From Lama glama (taxonomy: Eukaryota): a stretch of DNA of 64,000 nt. The DNA is taken from the NCBI GenBank assembly GCA_028534125.1, contig CM052831.1, forward strand, positions 17,360,001 to 17,424,000, written 5' to 3'. The notes under the pieces were generated by a model, which was given only the letters and a program-made list of their open reading frames with translations, did no database searches and was not told the origin of the DNA. Positions 24,439 through 37,929 of the stretch are shown one piece after another (positions within the stretch are counted from its first letter, which is position 1; each line of letters opens with the position of its first letter). Made by a program: the position numbers and the translations under genes.

Positions 24439-25929
24439 AGAGAAAGACATCTCTATCTGTAGTTAACCTCATGGACCTTTTGCTCCGCTTCTTCAGGTAT
24501 ATTATCCATGCAGCCATCCTGTCCTGCCAAGCCAACCAGAATCCCTCCCAGAGACTGATCTTATTCTTGAGGGGAGTGTCATCCCTAAAAACAAGACATG
24601 GTGGAGGCTAACTCATTCCCACACCAGTTGACCATTAGCTCCCTCATCCTGGCTCCTGTGCTTTCCAAGTTGTTACCCCATTTTTCCTTCATCCTGAGAA
24701 TAAACCTGTAGTACCCTTTCAAAGCCAAATGTTGACTAAGTCCGTCAGAATCCATCCCATTACTAGCAATCAAAGAAGCCCTTTTGCGTCCAGCTTGACA
24801 GGCATGTGAAATATTTCCCTGATATTAAGACACACAGTGGAAAATTAGTCTTTCCTTCAGCTTCAGGGGGTGATGCCTGAAATTCTGTAGTAGGTAAATA
24901 AGAATATAATTACTTTTAGTAAAAGTAGCAAAATACTAATTTCCTTTTATTGGACTTAGGGTGCAAATGTGCCTTCCTAAAGACAACTTGTAAAGAACGA
25001 AGTGAGTGAGGCACTTTATCTGACTCATTAAGAGGCCGTTTGCTAAATGGGAAAACCCAAAATATACTGTCCTTTATCATTGCTCAGTAATCCACACAAT
25101 TTATACTTCTTGCCTGTTAGGGTAAGACTGTCACAGAATGAGCAAAACCAGAAAACAGAGTCTGAAAGACATGAAAAATTTTTACTTTGCTCAGTTCTAG
25201 GATTTACAATAATTTGCATAATAAATCAGAGAAAAACGCTTTCCGTTGCAAGAGGAAAGTAATTTACAAGATTCATAAGTCCCTGTTACTTAGTAAAATG
25301 AGGTCTTTACCTGTGCTAAAACTCCGACAACATAATCTTTCAAATCAAAATGGGTGGCAGGTCCTAAAATATGTACTGCAATCTGTCACTTGAAAATAAT
25401 AGCAAAAAAAAATTAACATCCAAAGTGACTGGCAACGGAAAACTACAGAAGTAATACCAACTTCCGTTCAGCACTAATTACAATTAGCAAAATCTCCTTT
25501 CTGAAATCCTTCCAGCACCCTGGACCTCGTTCACCTTTTCGAATTCCAAAGCAAGTCTTCAGATTCAACCAAAAGTTCAGCCCTCTTATTTTACACATGT
25601 CTTTTAACCTGACAACCAAGAATTAGTCCCTTGATTACTCACTCAGCATGGTGTTGGGGAGGGAGGCAAGAAGAGGTAACCAACCACAAAAGAAAGTTAA
25701 GACTTGGTGCCCACCCTCCAGAAACTGAATATACCTGGGGAGAAGGGAAGGGAAAGAACACCTAAGTGAATCGTCACATATAAGCAACACTGGACCGCTA
25801 GTCGTTTTGGTACCCAGGAGCTCTGAGGTCGGGGAAATCAGTGTTGGCTTGTATGAGTGAAGACATTAGAGAAATACTTGCAATGATTACAAGAGGGACA
25901 AGGACTGCTGAGAATAATTACACCATAAT

Positions 25930-26110
25930 TAAATGGCCCTGTGCTGGCTATATCACACATCCCCTACTTATCTCTACAGAAAACTACATGGGTTAGCAAT
26001 GATCCCTACTTCCCAGATAAGGAAACAGAGAATCAGAGGAATTTACTACCTTGTCCACCGAAACCACCTAAGCCACACAGCTGGGACAAAGGGATAAATC
26101 CATTCATTCT
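25930..26110 (-). mobile_element. MIR SINE
   Basis: ttcccagataaggaaacagagaatcagagg...cttgtcca...ccacacagctgg. Confidence 0.65.
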
Positions 26111-26234
26111 TGCACTGACTCAGTCATATACTGTAATTATTCTAACTTCAAACCCCCTACTCTTAACCTACAAACTCTAATTGACCTCAGAGAAGAATAT
26201 TTGAAAAAAACTGTGTCCCAGTTTCCCCTGGCAT

Positions 26235-26321
26235 AAGAAATAAATAAATAAATAAATAAATAAAAAGGAAAAGAAAGAAAGAAGGGAAGAGGGTGGTAGG
26301 GGAAAAAAGAAAAAAGGAAAA
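26235..26321 (+). repeat. (AAAT)n microsatellite merging into a polypurine tract
   Basis: aaataaataaataaataaataaataaaaaggaaaagaaagaaagaagggaagaggg. Confidence 0.9.
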
Positions 26322-27059
26322 TTACTGAGATAAATCAGGAGGTAAACTCTGAAGGCGCAGCATCCAGATAAAACATGAGAGGTCAGCTCTAGCCAACTTA
26401 CTCTATTCCTATTCCACACATCACACCTGGGGAGGAGGACCACTTCTGAAAGTTTAGTATTAATCCAATCCCTTCTGCAGCTCACAACACACAGAGTAAA
26501 GGTTCGAGATTGAGTCACTTATTTTAACGACATGCCCGCGACAGGGCAGGGAAGGCAGCCCCATGTGCTCCATTACCTGACACTGTCACCTAAGGCAGTG
26601 TCATTTCCAGCACCACACACCCAGGGGGACATAAGATAATTCCTTGGGGGGATGAGAAAAAAATTTGTTCTACCCATTCATTTCTTTTACTTCATGCTTT
26701 ACCTTTTTTATGTTTTATCATCTACATAATATTTTAGGGTAAGAAGACATATTCATAATTGATAAAAATAAATATACATATATTGAGGGCATGGGTCCAA
26801 TTTTTTTTCTAATAAGACAATGAATGAGATCAATGAAGACCACTGATCCACACACTTATTAAAAGGGTAATTTGTTAACTTCCAGTACCCTCGAGAGCTC
26901 AACTAAATGACATCACTCTGGAACCACTCCATTAGCTAGAGGGGAAAAAAAAGGAAACTCAAGTTTTATTTCAGTCTCCCTTTGAAAGGTATTTGATTCC
27001 TAGCTGGTTCTGGGCACAAACAATGGCTGACCATTACAAATCTGTGGGGCCACCTCATT

Positions 27060-27191
27060 NNNNNNNNNNNNNNNNNNNNNNNNNNNNNNNNNNNNNNNNN
27101 NNNNNNNNNNNNNNNNNNNNNNNNNNNNNNNNNNNNNNNNNNNNNNNNNNNNNNNNNNNNNNNNNNNNNNNNNNNNNNNNNNNNNNNNNNN
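27060..27191. other. N-run, 132 nt
   Basis: Seen directly. Confidence 0.99.
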
Positions 27192-27894
27192 CCAACACAT
27201 AATAGGCAAACTGCAATTTCAATTCCCTACACATGTGCCTGAAGGAGCAGGGGGCTACACAAGCTGCAAAATGTAAATGAAGCCTGTTGTTATCAGCTGT
27301 TTATAAGTCCCATGACATCCTCCTCTCTTATTCCTCCAGTCACGTATGGCAGGGAAAAAAAAAAAAATCAGAAGTGTCGCCATTCAAGAAAGTCCTTTTA
27401 TTATTCCACTCAAGACTAGTTCCCTGGTCTCTTAATTTTCTGAGCTGTGTACACAAAATGCAACAAAATTAAGCAGCGGTGGCTGTACACAGCCAATCTT
27501 CATTATGCAGAATTCATTGTGAACAGCTAATGTAACTATGCGATGCTGTTTATTAAGATGGTTTCGTCAGCAACTTTTTATGACTCCATCACCTACAGGA
27601 ACTAACGTCTAAGGACGACATCTACTTTCACAAAGGTAGACTTCTGGGGTCCGGTGAGGGTGAGGGGACAAAGCCATCCACTTACCTAGCACATACATGG
27701 CTGGTTCATCGCTCCCTTTGACTTCCTTGTTGATTTCTCCCAGAAGACGCTATTTCTTAACAATCTGTGTTTAATTTAATGCACTACCCACTGGTCCTGT
27801 AATGGGCAGGTAAGATGGAGGAGACCCAAGGTGAATCTGTGCCCATTTTTACAGTGGGAAACAAAGGGAGGCATGATGAGTTCACTGCTTAGCG

Positions 27895-28108
27895 CCGGAC
27901 CTCTCAACAGCCTCACTGGTGACCTCCTGTACCAGATAATTCTCTCCTGGGGGAGGCGGGCCTGCACACTGTAGGGTGCTCAGCAGCATCTCTGGCCTCT
28001 ACCCACCAAAAGACAGTAGCATCACCTCCCTGTCCTAACAGCTCAACGTGTTTCCAGACATTGCCAAATGTCCCCATGGGAGAGGGAGACAAAAACTGTG
28101 AACCCCTG
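27895..28108 (+). mobile_element. MER20 hAT-Charlie DNA transposon
   Basis: gcagcatctctggcctctacccac...tccagacattgccaaatgtcccc...gaacccctg. Confidence 0.85.
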
Positions 28109-28831
28109 GTTACAAACCATTGGTCTTCTGGGTCTTCATAGCCATCAACAGGCAGAAATTTTACGTATGTGGTTTGTATAAGTCGGGAACCGGAAGCATA
28201 AATCCATTGCACAGCCAGGCGACAGTCTATCACAAGCCCACAAACTTTTCTAGGACACTGAACAATGTCAAGTTTGCCTACCAAAAAGAAGGCTATGTGC
28301 TAAGGTACTTTGTGATCATTACGAGTCTACTAATACTGAAAGGTACTCTTAAAAAAAAACAAAAAAAAAAACCCTGCCACTTTATTGTATTGGCTCAGTA
28401 ACTATCCGGAGAAGAACACTTGGAAAATATCTGTCACAGGTTTTCCATATTCAGCAACAGAAAGCCTCCAGAAAGTTCAGCTTTATGGGCCAAAACTTTT
28501 CATGTAATCAATCGTCAAGAAAGCCTTCAGAAAAATTTCTTCAGAATCAAACCTCCTAAACAGAAAATGGATTTCGTTTAATGGAAATAAAGTGAAAGTG
28601 GCTTTTTTTTCCCTCTCCCTAAACAACCACTGTTGAGCTTCTGCAAACCAATACTAAAAAAGACAATTTTTATTTAACAGTTAAAGAAATCAGCTTTCAA
28701 AAGCTCAACTGCCATCTGCAATTATAATCAGGCCTCATTTAGAATACCCCACCATGCTTTAGTCTTAATTAAAAATGGCATATCCTTACAAGGGAATGCA
28801 ACACAAATTCACAATTCCAACGTGAGCAGGA

Positions 28832-28861
28832 CACACACACACGCACACACACACACACACA
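28832..28861 (+). repeat. (CA)n microsatellite with one interruption
   Basis: acacacacacgcacacacacacacacaca. Confidence 0.95.
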
Positions 28862-30729
28862 TCTAACGCTGGCGTCTAGGCTTGCGAAACTTAACTATTT
28901 TACCAGTTTCTTAACGGCTGTAACTTCAGTATAAACTTGGTTTAACTTTGGTATTTTGAATGAGGAAGGCGTATGGACTACGTTAAGATAATTTGCCAGA
29001 AATACAAACAGTTTGTTTTGAGCCTGCCATCGTCCACACAGCACATGGCTGGTCCTGTATTCCAGCCACTATTACCTTTACTCTGCGTAAAAGGCACAAG
29101 GTTTCGGTGTAATATTTCCAATGATGCGAAACAAGTTTTTCCACCACGCTACCTAATAAGATTTACCAAGTACCACTTGGCCTCTTTGTAAGCTTAATAA
29201 TTAGTTATTATAATGTGCCCCTGGCATGTTTACAATTCAGCATAATTTTTATATTACAATTCCTTAGTATGGCCTCCAGTACAATCAGCTCTCTGCCTAC
29301 CGAACATCAATGCAGACATTACCTGAAAATCAGCACACAAACTCCTGCTGTTGGCCAAAGCCATTTAAAATAAGACAAATACAATGGAAGACATAGAATG
29401 GAGGGCCGAAGCAGAACACAGCCCGCCTTTAACCTGCAGGATTAAAGCCAAGTGCTCTCATATCTATCCACGACATGGTGACTCCTTGTAAAAATTCAAC
29501 TTCTTCCAAAACCCGTTAATGTTAGATTCAGGTTCCCCTGCTGAAGCAGAGCCTCTGGCAAGGAAGGCAAGAGGGGGCTGAAAAGCTGTAAACAATAAGC
29601 GTATCTCCCATGTAAGCCTGTGAAATTAAGCCTCTCTCAGTTGGACAATTAGCTTTATATAGCTAATCAGGAAGAAAGAAATGAAGGCCATCTGGTTCTT
29701 GGAAGAAGTTCTGTATCTGATTAACAGTATCTTCTTGAAAGTAAACTTCCCATGTACAAGAGGGCAGGGGAAAGCACAAAGAGGAATCCCCTTTTAAATT
29801 GCCTGCGCATCCCAATAAACCCACATACAGATCAAACCCCTGACTATTTTATCCAGAAGCAATAGAAGAGTGGTTAAATGCCGATGCCCTAATTGGACAG
29901 ACCTCATTTGATTTCTGGCTCTGCCACTTATTAACGGGTTAGCCTTTGGCAAACAATTTGACCTCTCCATAGTAGATTGGATAATTGGCCCCTGTATCCA
30001 GGTCCATTAGCAGTCAACTTTGCAGTTCCACAGAGTACTTCTCTGTCCCTTGACTTGGGGCTTGGCCATATGACTTGCTCAGGTTGGTAGCTTAACTTCA
30101 AGAGTGGATTTAGTGTAAGAATGTGGGGCTGTGACTCAAATACCAAGGGCAGGGATGCAGCTAGCCTCAGACACAAACTAGGATCAGGTACTCAATCCCT
30201 CTACGAAGTCTCCATAAGTCCTCCCTCTCCATCTCCTCTCTGTCCATCAACTTTCTTCTTTTGTCTGTCCAACTAGACTTTCTTGTCTTCCAGTGCCAAC
30301 GGCCAGAAGTCAATTACTGGCAACATCATTTCTCAAGTCTGCAACTTCTTCCAAAATTCACATCCCCTTGGTTCAACACAACAGCATACCTGCAAGAACA
30401 GCGGCAGTGCCTCAGTCCCAAGGTGGGTCAGGAGCCCACCATCAACCAGTCCAGTGCAGCCAGGGGCAGAGGCATCAGGGCTGCCACAAAAGGCTGGATA
30501 CTTGATGTACAGCACAAAGGTCAATTGAGAGAAGTGAAATCCAGCCCACATACCCCGGCTGCCAAGCTGAGTAACCTGACAGAGGGCTGCTCTCTGCCAG
30601 GAGACAGAGCTACCATCTTCTTTCCATAGAAGCGCCATCTGTCCATACGGGGTACCCAAGTATGGTAAGGGAGGCTTCTGAGCCTGGGCGGGGCAGGGGA
30701 GTTGGGGAGAAGAACTCGGCATGGAGTAT

Positions 30730-31990
30730 TAGTATCTCAGGGAGTTAAGGAAGGTGTCTATACAGAAGAGTGGTCCAATATGGGGTGGAACTGATTGAAT
30801 TAGGTAAATATACTCAAGATGGTGGGATGGTGGTAGGTTACTCATTGTCAGAAAAGGGAGCTACAAATACAGAAAGGAGAAACCTACACTGAACCAATGG
30901 TCTTGAAATGGAATTGGAGGTAGTGAACTTAACGATTTTTAACACACAGAAATTTACAGGTGTAAATATGTGCATATACACACAAATGCATATATAATCT
31001 GTAGATGTGTCCACTGAAAGGGTCTGGGAGCTGTTAAGATCTCACAAGCAATGAACACACCGTAACGCTCAGTTCGTGGTTTCTAAATACCATTCACCCC
31101 TAAAAGGAATCAGAGTTCCATGGTGCCTCAGCTCCTTGGTCCAATCCAGGGCTGGGGCCAGCAAAGTACAAAACAAACCTGGAACTTCATGCAGCAGAAA
31201 GAAAGAAAGCACTCAAATAGTGGTAGCAACACGTGTCAAAAGGACACAGGACCTGGCTGGAAAGAACTCTGCTACCTAAATTGAGCACCAAAATAATGGT
31301 AGTAACAGATTAGGAACCATTTAAAAAATAGAAATCCATGAGTCCCAATGATGCAATAAACAAGTTGAAAGTTTAAGAAGAATGGTCTTCAAGTCCCTAT
31401 ATCCACAAAGCACTAATTACAAGGGGGGATAAAAGAGTAACTTTACGACGGAGGATACTGGAAGATGCTGTCTTTGTCAAGCGATCAAAGTTAACACCAC
31501 CAGCAACGAGACACACAGAAATCGTGTGTCACCTCGTAAGATACAATGACAGGAACAGAGCATCACTTCAGTGCTATTTCTGCCCTAATATGTAACCCGA
31601 ATCTAATCGTGAGGAAGCCTCAGACAAACCCAAATTGATGGACAGTCTACAAAATAATTGGTTTGTTGCCTTCAAAACCGTCAGGGTCATAAAAGTCCAG
31701 AAAAGCCTGAGGAATTGTTCCAGAAACAAAGGACACTAGCAACTAGCACATGATCCCAAATGGCTCCTTTTTTCACTGGGAGGATCAGGGCAAATGTGAA
31801 TGGGGCCTGAGGATCAGAAAACAGTATTGTACCGGAGTTAATTTCCTGATTCTGATGGCTGTATTGTGATATTGTCCTTGTCTACAGGAAATACACACGT
31901 TAAGTGTTCAGAGATGAAAGGGCACCACACTGGCAATGAATTCAAAGTGGTTTGCTGGAGCGGGGTGCACAGTTATTTTATTTACTCTAA
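30730..31990 (+). mobile_element. Old L1 3' region (L1MC/L1MD-like)
   Basis: gtggtttctaaataccattc...gcatcacttcagtgctatttctgcc...aatctaatcgtgaggaagcctcagacaaacccaaattga...ttaatttcctgattctgatggctgtattgtg. Confidence 0.8.
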
Positions 31991-32179
31991 TTTCTTCTGT
32001 GTTTAAAACAAATCTTTTTTTAACCTACGATGGGTAGAAGTGCAAGGAAGGCAAGAGACCTTTCAGAAGGTGGGTAGGGAAGGTCACTTAGAAAGGACGC
32101 TTGAGGTGAGATATACAAGAGTAGGAGCAACCACAAAGAAACCCCACGGGGTAGAGATGATAATTATGATGCTGATTGT

Positions 32180-32460
32180 AAAGAAAAACAGTACCATCAT
32201 CTGACTCTTGCACAATGCTTACTGAGGGCAAAGCGGCGGTCTGAGTTCTTTCCATATTTCAACTCGTTTATTCTTCAAAACAACCTTACGTAGAATATAT
32301 AAAGTAATACCAAGTAGAATTATTATTAAATCCAACTTACAAGATGATGAAACTGAGACATAGAAAGGTTTCGGTAACTCCCCCAGGTTAGTCAGTAGCA
32401 CGGGCAGGATGTGAACCTACCAGTCTGGCTCCCGGGTCTATACACATCAACCACCACGCC
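32180..32460 (-). mobile_element. MIR SINE
   Basis: acaagatgatgaaactgagacatagaaaggtttcggtaactcccccaggttagtcag...gtctggctcc. Confidence 0.8.
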
Positions 32461-33136
32461 ATCAAGGCAACACCTCGCAGATAACTGTAAGGATGCTAAG
32501 ACTGGTTGGAGCCAGGACTGTAGGACCATCCCAGCCACAAAGGCTGGAGCGAGCGAGTGAGTGAGAGACAGAAACAGAAGATGTAAAGGAATGGAGGCAG
32601 GTCCATAGGTGAGAAGCTGGATTTTTCCACGTGTAACGGGAGGATGTTGCCGAAACCAGGGTGACCCTTAGAAGGCTGCCGCCTGGGCAGGATGGAGGTC
32701 TAGACCAAGTCAGTGGCACAGAAGCTCTGGCCAGAGACAGTCAAGATTTATTTTGAAAGTCAATAGAGCTTGGGTGATTGTTCTAGAAAACCCAGGTTAT
32801 GAGACCATCATCTTTTAAGCAAAATTGTATATATTATCCAAACTCCTTGGATCAGAAGGCCTACAGAGAAGTCACAGTATATTGCTGGTGGTTTTGTTTT
32901 GGTCATCACACAATTTTTCTTTTTTTTAAAGCAGAAACAGCAAAGAACTCACCCCAACCCTCTTCTGTTAAGAGGCCTACAGTAACCCAGTAATGGCTCA
33001 TGTTGTATTGAAACTACACCACGTTCAGTTTATGTAATCATCTCCCCCGAGTAATAAACAATGTCCAGCTCATTCTGACTTCACAGCTTCCCTCCTTAAC
33101 AAAGGAAAAAATCTCTCTCCCGCCGATTAAGTCATC

Positions 33137-33284
33137 NNNNNNNNNNNNNNNNNNNNNNNNNNNNNNNNNNNNNNNNNNNNNNNNNNNNNNNNNNNNNNNN
33201 NNNNNNNNNNNNNNNNNNNNNNNNNNNNNNNNNNNNNNNNNNNNNNNNNNNNNNNNNNNNNNNNNNNNNNNNNNNNNNNNNNNN
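33137..33284. other. N-run, 148 nt
   Basis: Seen directly. Confidence 0.99.
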
Positions 33285-34499
33285 TCTTTCTTAATTGTGA
33301 CAGCAGTGCCGAGAAATTCATTTTCAAAGAGCTGATGGAACCGCAAGGGAATACTAATACCTAAATATTGAAGCAATCCTGATGCCTTGCTTAAAGGGAA
33401 GCTGGATTTGCTAGATGAAAAGATTCCAAAATGTCTCTGGTCTATGCCTTTAAAAAAAAAAATGTCTTTAGCATATTTTCGTCTCTCTGCATTAAATCAG
33501 AAAGTTAAAGGCACAGTTTATTTCTCTTAAAAATGAAAAAAAAAAACCCGTTTGCTTTCTACTGCTGGTAATTGCATTTGCTAGAATGCTGCTAGGATTT
33601 TGAGTGTCCTCATCTAAAGGGTGTGATTTTCTTCACTTTTGAATATGGAGGAATGAATGTTCTTTCAACTCTGAACGCCTAAGTATATTCCACTCTGCAG
33701 TGCTGACTATGGCTACAGAAATAGTGTTTCACATCGCAGGTCTGAAATTGTACGGGGGTGAGCGAGAATGGAGGGAGTGTGCGGGACAGCTGACCTGTTC
33801 TTTGTCATCCTCTTGTGCACGGCAAAGGCTGTTCCATCAAATTACCAGTGCAAAAAAAAAAATTAATTTCAGGAACCAGAGAATTCAGAACGAGTAATAG
33901 GATCCCGTTCTCCCCGAAGCTGATATCATCAAATGCTCTCACATGATTTACAACCTGGCAATCGATCTCTTTCCATTGATTATCCTGCTATTATGGGATA
34001 TAACTGCTCTCTACCCATTCCAAGAACTCTAAAGTGTTGCACTGAGAATACACTAATGCACCTTTAATGCAGAGAAGACAGGAGGAAAAAAAAAAAACCA
34101 CCAAGGAATAAAATAGGCCAGAGAATGCATAAAGCTGAAGTTCCCTCCAAAAGCAGTGATGTTAACAGCTTTTCAGGGAGGCAATCAGGCAGTTCAGGCC
34201 CAGCAGTTATATGGGCTCACAGCATTAGCTTTTCCAACTGGACAACAGGCCACAGGAACGCTGACCCAGAAGCATGCGGACCCCTCACTTAGGGCCAAGG
34301 CCATCCAAGAAATCAGCACCTGAACCTGATCAAAGTGCAGAGTCGCCACGAATATTACAGAAAGATGCTTCTGATTCTGAGACACTGGCCAGGCACGCTC
34401 TAGAGCGCTCATCACTGCATGGATTACAGTACGATTTCCCAAAATCTTAATGCAGGAGTCAACCAACGCCGATCCACTGTCTCCTTTTGTAACGTCTCC

Positions 34500-34762
34500 A
34501 AGCCAAGACTGTTTTTTTTATAATTTTTGTAACGGTTAGAAAAAAATCAAAAGAAGAATAATATCTTGTAACACATGAAAAGAATATGAAATTCAAATTT
34601 CAGTGTCCGTAAATACTGTCTCATTGGAACACCGCCATGCCTGTTGACGTGTAGCCTATGACTGGAGCCAAGTTACACAATCAGTAGGTACAGCTGCGAT
34701 ATATGGACCAGAAAGCCAAAAATCTCTACCTGGCTCTATACAGAGAAAGTCCGCCGACCCTG
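34500..34762. mobile_element. MER58B-like hAT DNA transposon fragment
   Basis: aaaaatcaaaagaagaataatat...atgaaattcaaatttcagtgtccgtaaat...tttattggaacac-like segment...aaagtccgccgaccctg. Confidence 0.8.
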
Positions 34763-35699
34763 CCTTAATGTACCCACAAATTTCAGAAAAACAGCTCCAA
34801 AGAAATGAAAAGCCCACTAGAAAAATACAAAAGAAAAATTGTTCTTTACCATCTAAACAGGCTCCTTGCTCAGAAAACTCAGCAGGAATGGCACAACAGA
34901 CATAAAGTTTCCAAAAAGCTTTTAAGTTGGCTGACTTGGTAGCTACGAGGGTGGTTCGAAATAAAGCAGGAAAAAACATGGAAGTGAAAAATGACGAGGA
35001 AGGCACGGCGCTGGTCACTTTACATACGCGGTTCCATTCCACGACAGGCACAGCAAGGTTCTGAGGAACGGCCATCCCCACTTTACACCCCCTCTCCCAG
35101 CAGAGGATGCCTCACATCCGCACAAGGTCAGGGCCGTGGGTGTGTCTTCAGAGCTGGAGCCCAGGTTTTGCAGGCTCTGAACCCCATATATTTAACTGTT
35201 ACAAGGTGAGCAGGATTCCTGTTCCACAAATCATACTGCTTTTGCCATTTGGAGAAAGGGAATGAGGCAATGAGAGAATAAGTAACATTTAAGTGAATGA
35301 AATGAGAACTACCTACCTTTGAAAGGAAAGGCCATTTAACAGACAAATGTTTGTCTTATTAAATGCTGCATGCTTTAGTGTTGAGCTCTTAAGTAACCAT
35401 CAGTTTCTGTACTTACTATCACCCCAAGTACAGCCCAATCCATCCAGGCAAACACACTCTATAATCTCTTTATCCATCTGCTATGAAGACTGCTGGCTAC
35501 AGCCCAGCATCCTCACCCTATGGAGACTCCTTTCCCCATGCTTGCCTTCCAGGGCAATTTTTTATATCCAGCAATACATCACTTGTAATCTAAGAGACAG
35601 TGACACTACATCTACCAAATGATTCAGGTCTTCCAAAATCTCTTAAGAGAGCCTGATGATACAGCCCGTAGCAGCAGCCTTGCAGACGACTTCATTATC

Positions 35700-35960
35700 A
35701 TTACTGTGACGATGCCCGAGCACTCACAGGGTCCCCGGCAGTCTTCCAAGCACTTCCAATGGACTCGTGTATTAAACTGTTAATCCGCACATCCCTACAA
35801 GGTCAGCCCTAGAATTACTTTTCTTTCACGGTTCAGGAAACTGAGGCACAAAGAAATTAAGCAATTTGCCAAGGTCCCAAAGCCAGCAGGTGGCAGAGCT
35901 GGTGAAATTCACACCCAGGCCGCGCGGATTGGAGCTGACACTCTTCAGCACATATCTCAC
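35700..35960 (-). mobile_element. MIR SINE
   Basis: caggaaactgaggcacaaagaaattaagcaatttgccaaggtccca...ggtggcagagctggtgaaattcacacccagg. Confidence 0.85.
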
Positions 35961-36779
35961 TGACCCTCCATAGTAGGTTAAATAAAAACATTTGAATGTG
36001 AAAATCAATTCTGCATAACCAGCCTTATCTGTGTTACTAATAGTTAAAAATTAAAGACAGCCCTTCTGCTAACTGGAAAAACAACTGGGAAGAGTAACCT
36101 ACATACACTGATAGAACCAAGAAAACATTTTCTTAAAATGCAATGTTATTTCTCATTTTAAAAAGAGTAAGAAGCATCTGGGATGTTTACAGATGGTGGG
36201 GGGCTTCCAGCTGATTTACCCTCACAGTAAACGTCGGACGGGGTCCCTTTCTGTTCTGTACCCTTCCAAGAACCTGAGAATTTGGGAATAATGTTAAACA
36301 CAACTCACCCTTTCCTTAAAGGGCGAGGCTCTTTTCATAATGAAGGCTTAGAAACCTGAAGAAAAATTCGCATAAGTGGAAAAGGTCATAGTCTTGTTAT
36401 TATTAATCCATGTCTAACCTTCTACAGAGACCAAAGGCCTCTGTACATGTTTGGACTGAATCTGACCACAAACCATTGATGGCACACATGTGGTACGCTC
36501 ACCACTCCTCACTCTGAGCCCCCTTGGTGGGTGTAATTGATCATGTTCCCCTTCCCACAGAGCCCAGCCTTCTCAAATGAAGGCTGGTGTACTATCCTGG
36601 ATAACGGTGGACAGAGTCAAGCGACCAACAGCAAAGGATCAGGGTAAAGACATAAGATGCAATCCTTGCATCATGTAACCCTACATCAGTGACAGCCCAG
36701 CCAGGCGTCAGAAAAGGCCTCCCGTATCACCAGTAGCTCCCTGAGTCTAGAAATGGACTGGGGTCCTCTCCCTGGTCAG

Positions 36780-37260
36780 CTTCTCAGGCTGACTCGTGCT
36801 GTGTGAACAACAAAAGGAGTCCAGCGGAAGGGCAGGCTCCAGGGCTGGTTGATTCAGCAGCTCAAGGGTATCAACAAGAATCGGGGTTCTTCCCTTTCTT
36901 TACAAGCCGGCCCTCCTCCAATCTGACTTCATCCTCGGGCCGCAAGACAGCTGCAGCACGTGTGGGTGGCACATCCCGGCAGCCCCCACAGCAAGTTGAG
37001 ACCACAGCTTCCCTGGCTTCAAGGAAAGATGCAGCTCTCACAGGAGGCCCCGGCAGGCGCATCTTCTCAGTCCCCCAGACAGAGATCTCACAGCCAGTCC
37101 TGAAGCAATCACACAAGTAAGGGATGCAAAGCAAATAAACCCAACTATGGAAGGAGGGTTTGGCTTCTCCCCAGGTACCTGGCTTCACAGAGGAGGGTGG
37201 ATACCTGTATAAAACTGAGGCTCTATTAGGAAGAAGGAGACAGATGCTACAAAGGCATCA
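36780..37260 (-). mobile_element. Old MLT1-like LTR fragment
   Basis: gggcaggctccagggctggttgattcagcagctcaa...ggccgcaagacagctgcagca...aactgaggctctattaggaagaagg. Confidence 0.5.
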
Positions 37261-37793
37261 AACAGCATCCCCAACAGGCCTCCTGACCTGGGCAAAATGT
37301 AGACTCTATGGATCAAAACTGGCCACCCAGACGACAAGCCTCGCCAACTGACAATTAGTTCAGCCTTCGTGATGTCATAAAAACTGAAGTCATTAGCAAA
37401 ATTTAAAATTGGTAGTAATTAGGTGAATTTAAGAGCTCTAGTTCCTCTTGAAAGACTGGAACAACTTGACCCTGACTCAAATTCCCACAGGGCAGGAGTC
37501 AGCCGGAATCAAAGGGCACTGGCCCCGAAGAAAAGACAAACTGTGTCCAGTTCTCTAAAGACCGGCCACCGCTGTGGCTCTCCTGCCTCACACTCCTTTA
37601 CTTCAGCTTCCTGAGACTGGCTGGCATTTATCTGAGTTTGCAACTTCAGTACTGGCCACGGCAGAAACCCCTGGAGAAAGTGGACCCTCAAGTTGATAAA
37701 ACCCAACAGGGGAATGTCCAACCCCAGGCTTACTCACAGAGAATTTAACTCCAAGGAGAAGCAAAAGACAGAGTCCAGTTCATAATCAAAAAT

Positions 37794-37929
37794 GTCTGGC
37801 TACATTCTCAGACTCCCCCCACCACTCCCTGAAAAAAAAAAAGCCATGTAAGATTTAAAGAGTTTACAGAGCTGCCTTTTTGCGGTGAAGAAAAACCCTG
37901 TAAAATTAGAGTGCCAGTGTGCTCCAGCT
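37794..37929 (+). repeat. Copy 1 of a diverged local direct duplication
   Basis: gctacattctcagactcc...aagatttaaagagt...agagctgcctttttgcggtgaagaaaa...gagtgccagtgtgctccagct aligns with 38436-38555. Confidence 0.85.

Noticed and set aside
27686-27764. Minus-strand exon ending in TAG|GTAAGT
   Set aside because: The donor is good, but the nearest acceptor (attaaacacag) lacks a polypyrimidine tract and all frames contain or end in stops.
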